Below, piece by piece: positions 36,684-36,912 of a stretch of DNA of 36,912 nt. Origin of the DNA: Microcoleaceae cyanobacterium (GTDB taxonomy: Bacteria > Cyanobacteriota > Cyanobacteriia > Cyanobacteriales > Microcoleaceae); the NCBI GenBank assembly GCA_051652765.1, contig JBOFUV010000113.1, positions 1 to 36,912 of the forward strand, given 5' to 3'. The position numbers and the translations under genes were made by a program. How positions within the stretch are numbered: the first letter of the stretch is position 1; every line of letters starts with the position of its first letter. The notes under the pieces are model-generated. The model worked only from the letters and a program-made list of their open reading frames with translations. It was not told where the DNA came from and did not search any database.

Positions 36684-36810
36684 TAGGACTTACGCAGTTA
36701 AGCATTCTTTGGCCCCCAGCCCCCGTTCGGCCCTTCGACGTTGAGCTCAGCCGAAGCCACGACGAAGCCAATTCTGGGGGAGCAAGACTTCTCAAAGTCC
36801 CCCAGAATTG
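36684..36810. repeat. Composite cyanobacterial dispersed repeat with nested insertions
   Basis: TAGGACTTACGCA (36684-36696); CCCCCAGCCCCC; duplicated CGAAGCC ends; 13-bp inverted repeat caattctggggga (36769-36781) / tcccccagaattg (36798-36810). Confidence 0.65.
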
Positions 36811-36912
36811 ATACTGCTGGCGAACTTAACATTTGTTGAGCCAAAAATTAAATGGGAGTTAAAAATAGAATCAGTTCTTAAAAAAAAGGAGTGAGTCAAA
36901 TGAGCTTTAGAG

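Overview
Chromosomal segment of a cyanobacterium. The HIP1 octamer GCGATCGC occurs at least 18 times across the whole window. Gene content suggests a filamentous Oscillatoriales-type organism (inference). The left two-thirds holds mostly recognisable genes: an OppC/DppC permease end, an RTX Ca-binding protein, an SLH-GHL10 hydrolase, two GNATs, an RluD-type synthase, TolC, an ABA4-like protein, a MerA/LPD-like flavoprotein, pbpC, a NERD protein, an FkbM methyltransferase and metH. Two loci stand out. (1) 4300-7643: an NdbB/NDC1-type NDH-2 (a family known to reduce vitamin K-type naphthoquinones) is fused to a membrane protein resembling HTTM-partner proteins. It is followed by an HTTM protein (vitamin K-dependent carboxylase-like) fused to a DCC1-like CxxC domain. 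Together these are a candidate bacterial vitamin-K-cycle-like module. (2) 23525-36640: a 13-kb protease-rich signalling locus. It contains an operon of a sigma-like factor, DUF1822, a CHAT-TM-CHASE2 receptor and a secreted DUF928-like protein, plus a TPR-M48 peptidase, a FecR-like exported protein, a pentapeptide protein and an exported LRR-TPR-CHAT fusion. Intergenic regions hold MITE/REP-like palindromes, nested dispersed repeats, short tandem repeats and two candidate structured RNAs. No rRNA, tRNA, CRISPR array or transposase was seen. All family calls are by-eye motif recognition; no database searches were run.
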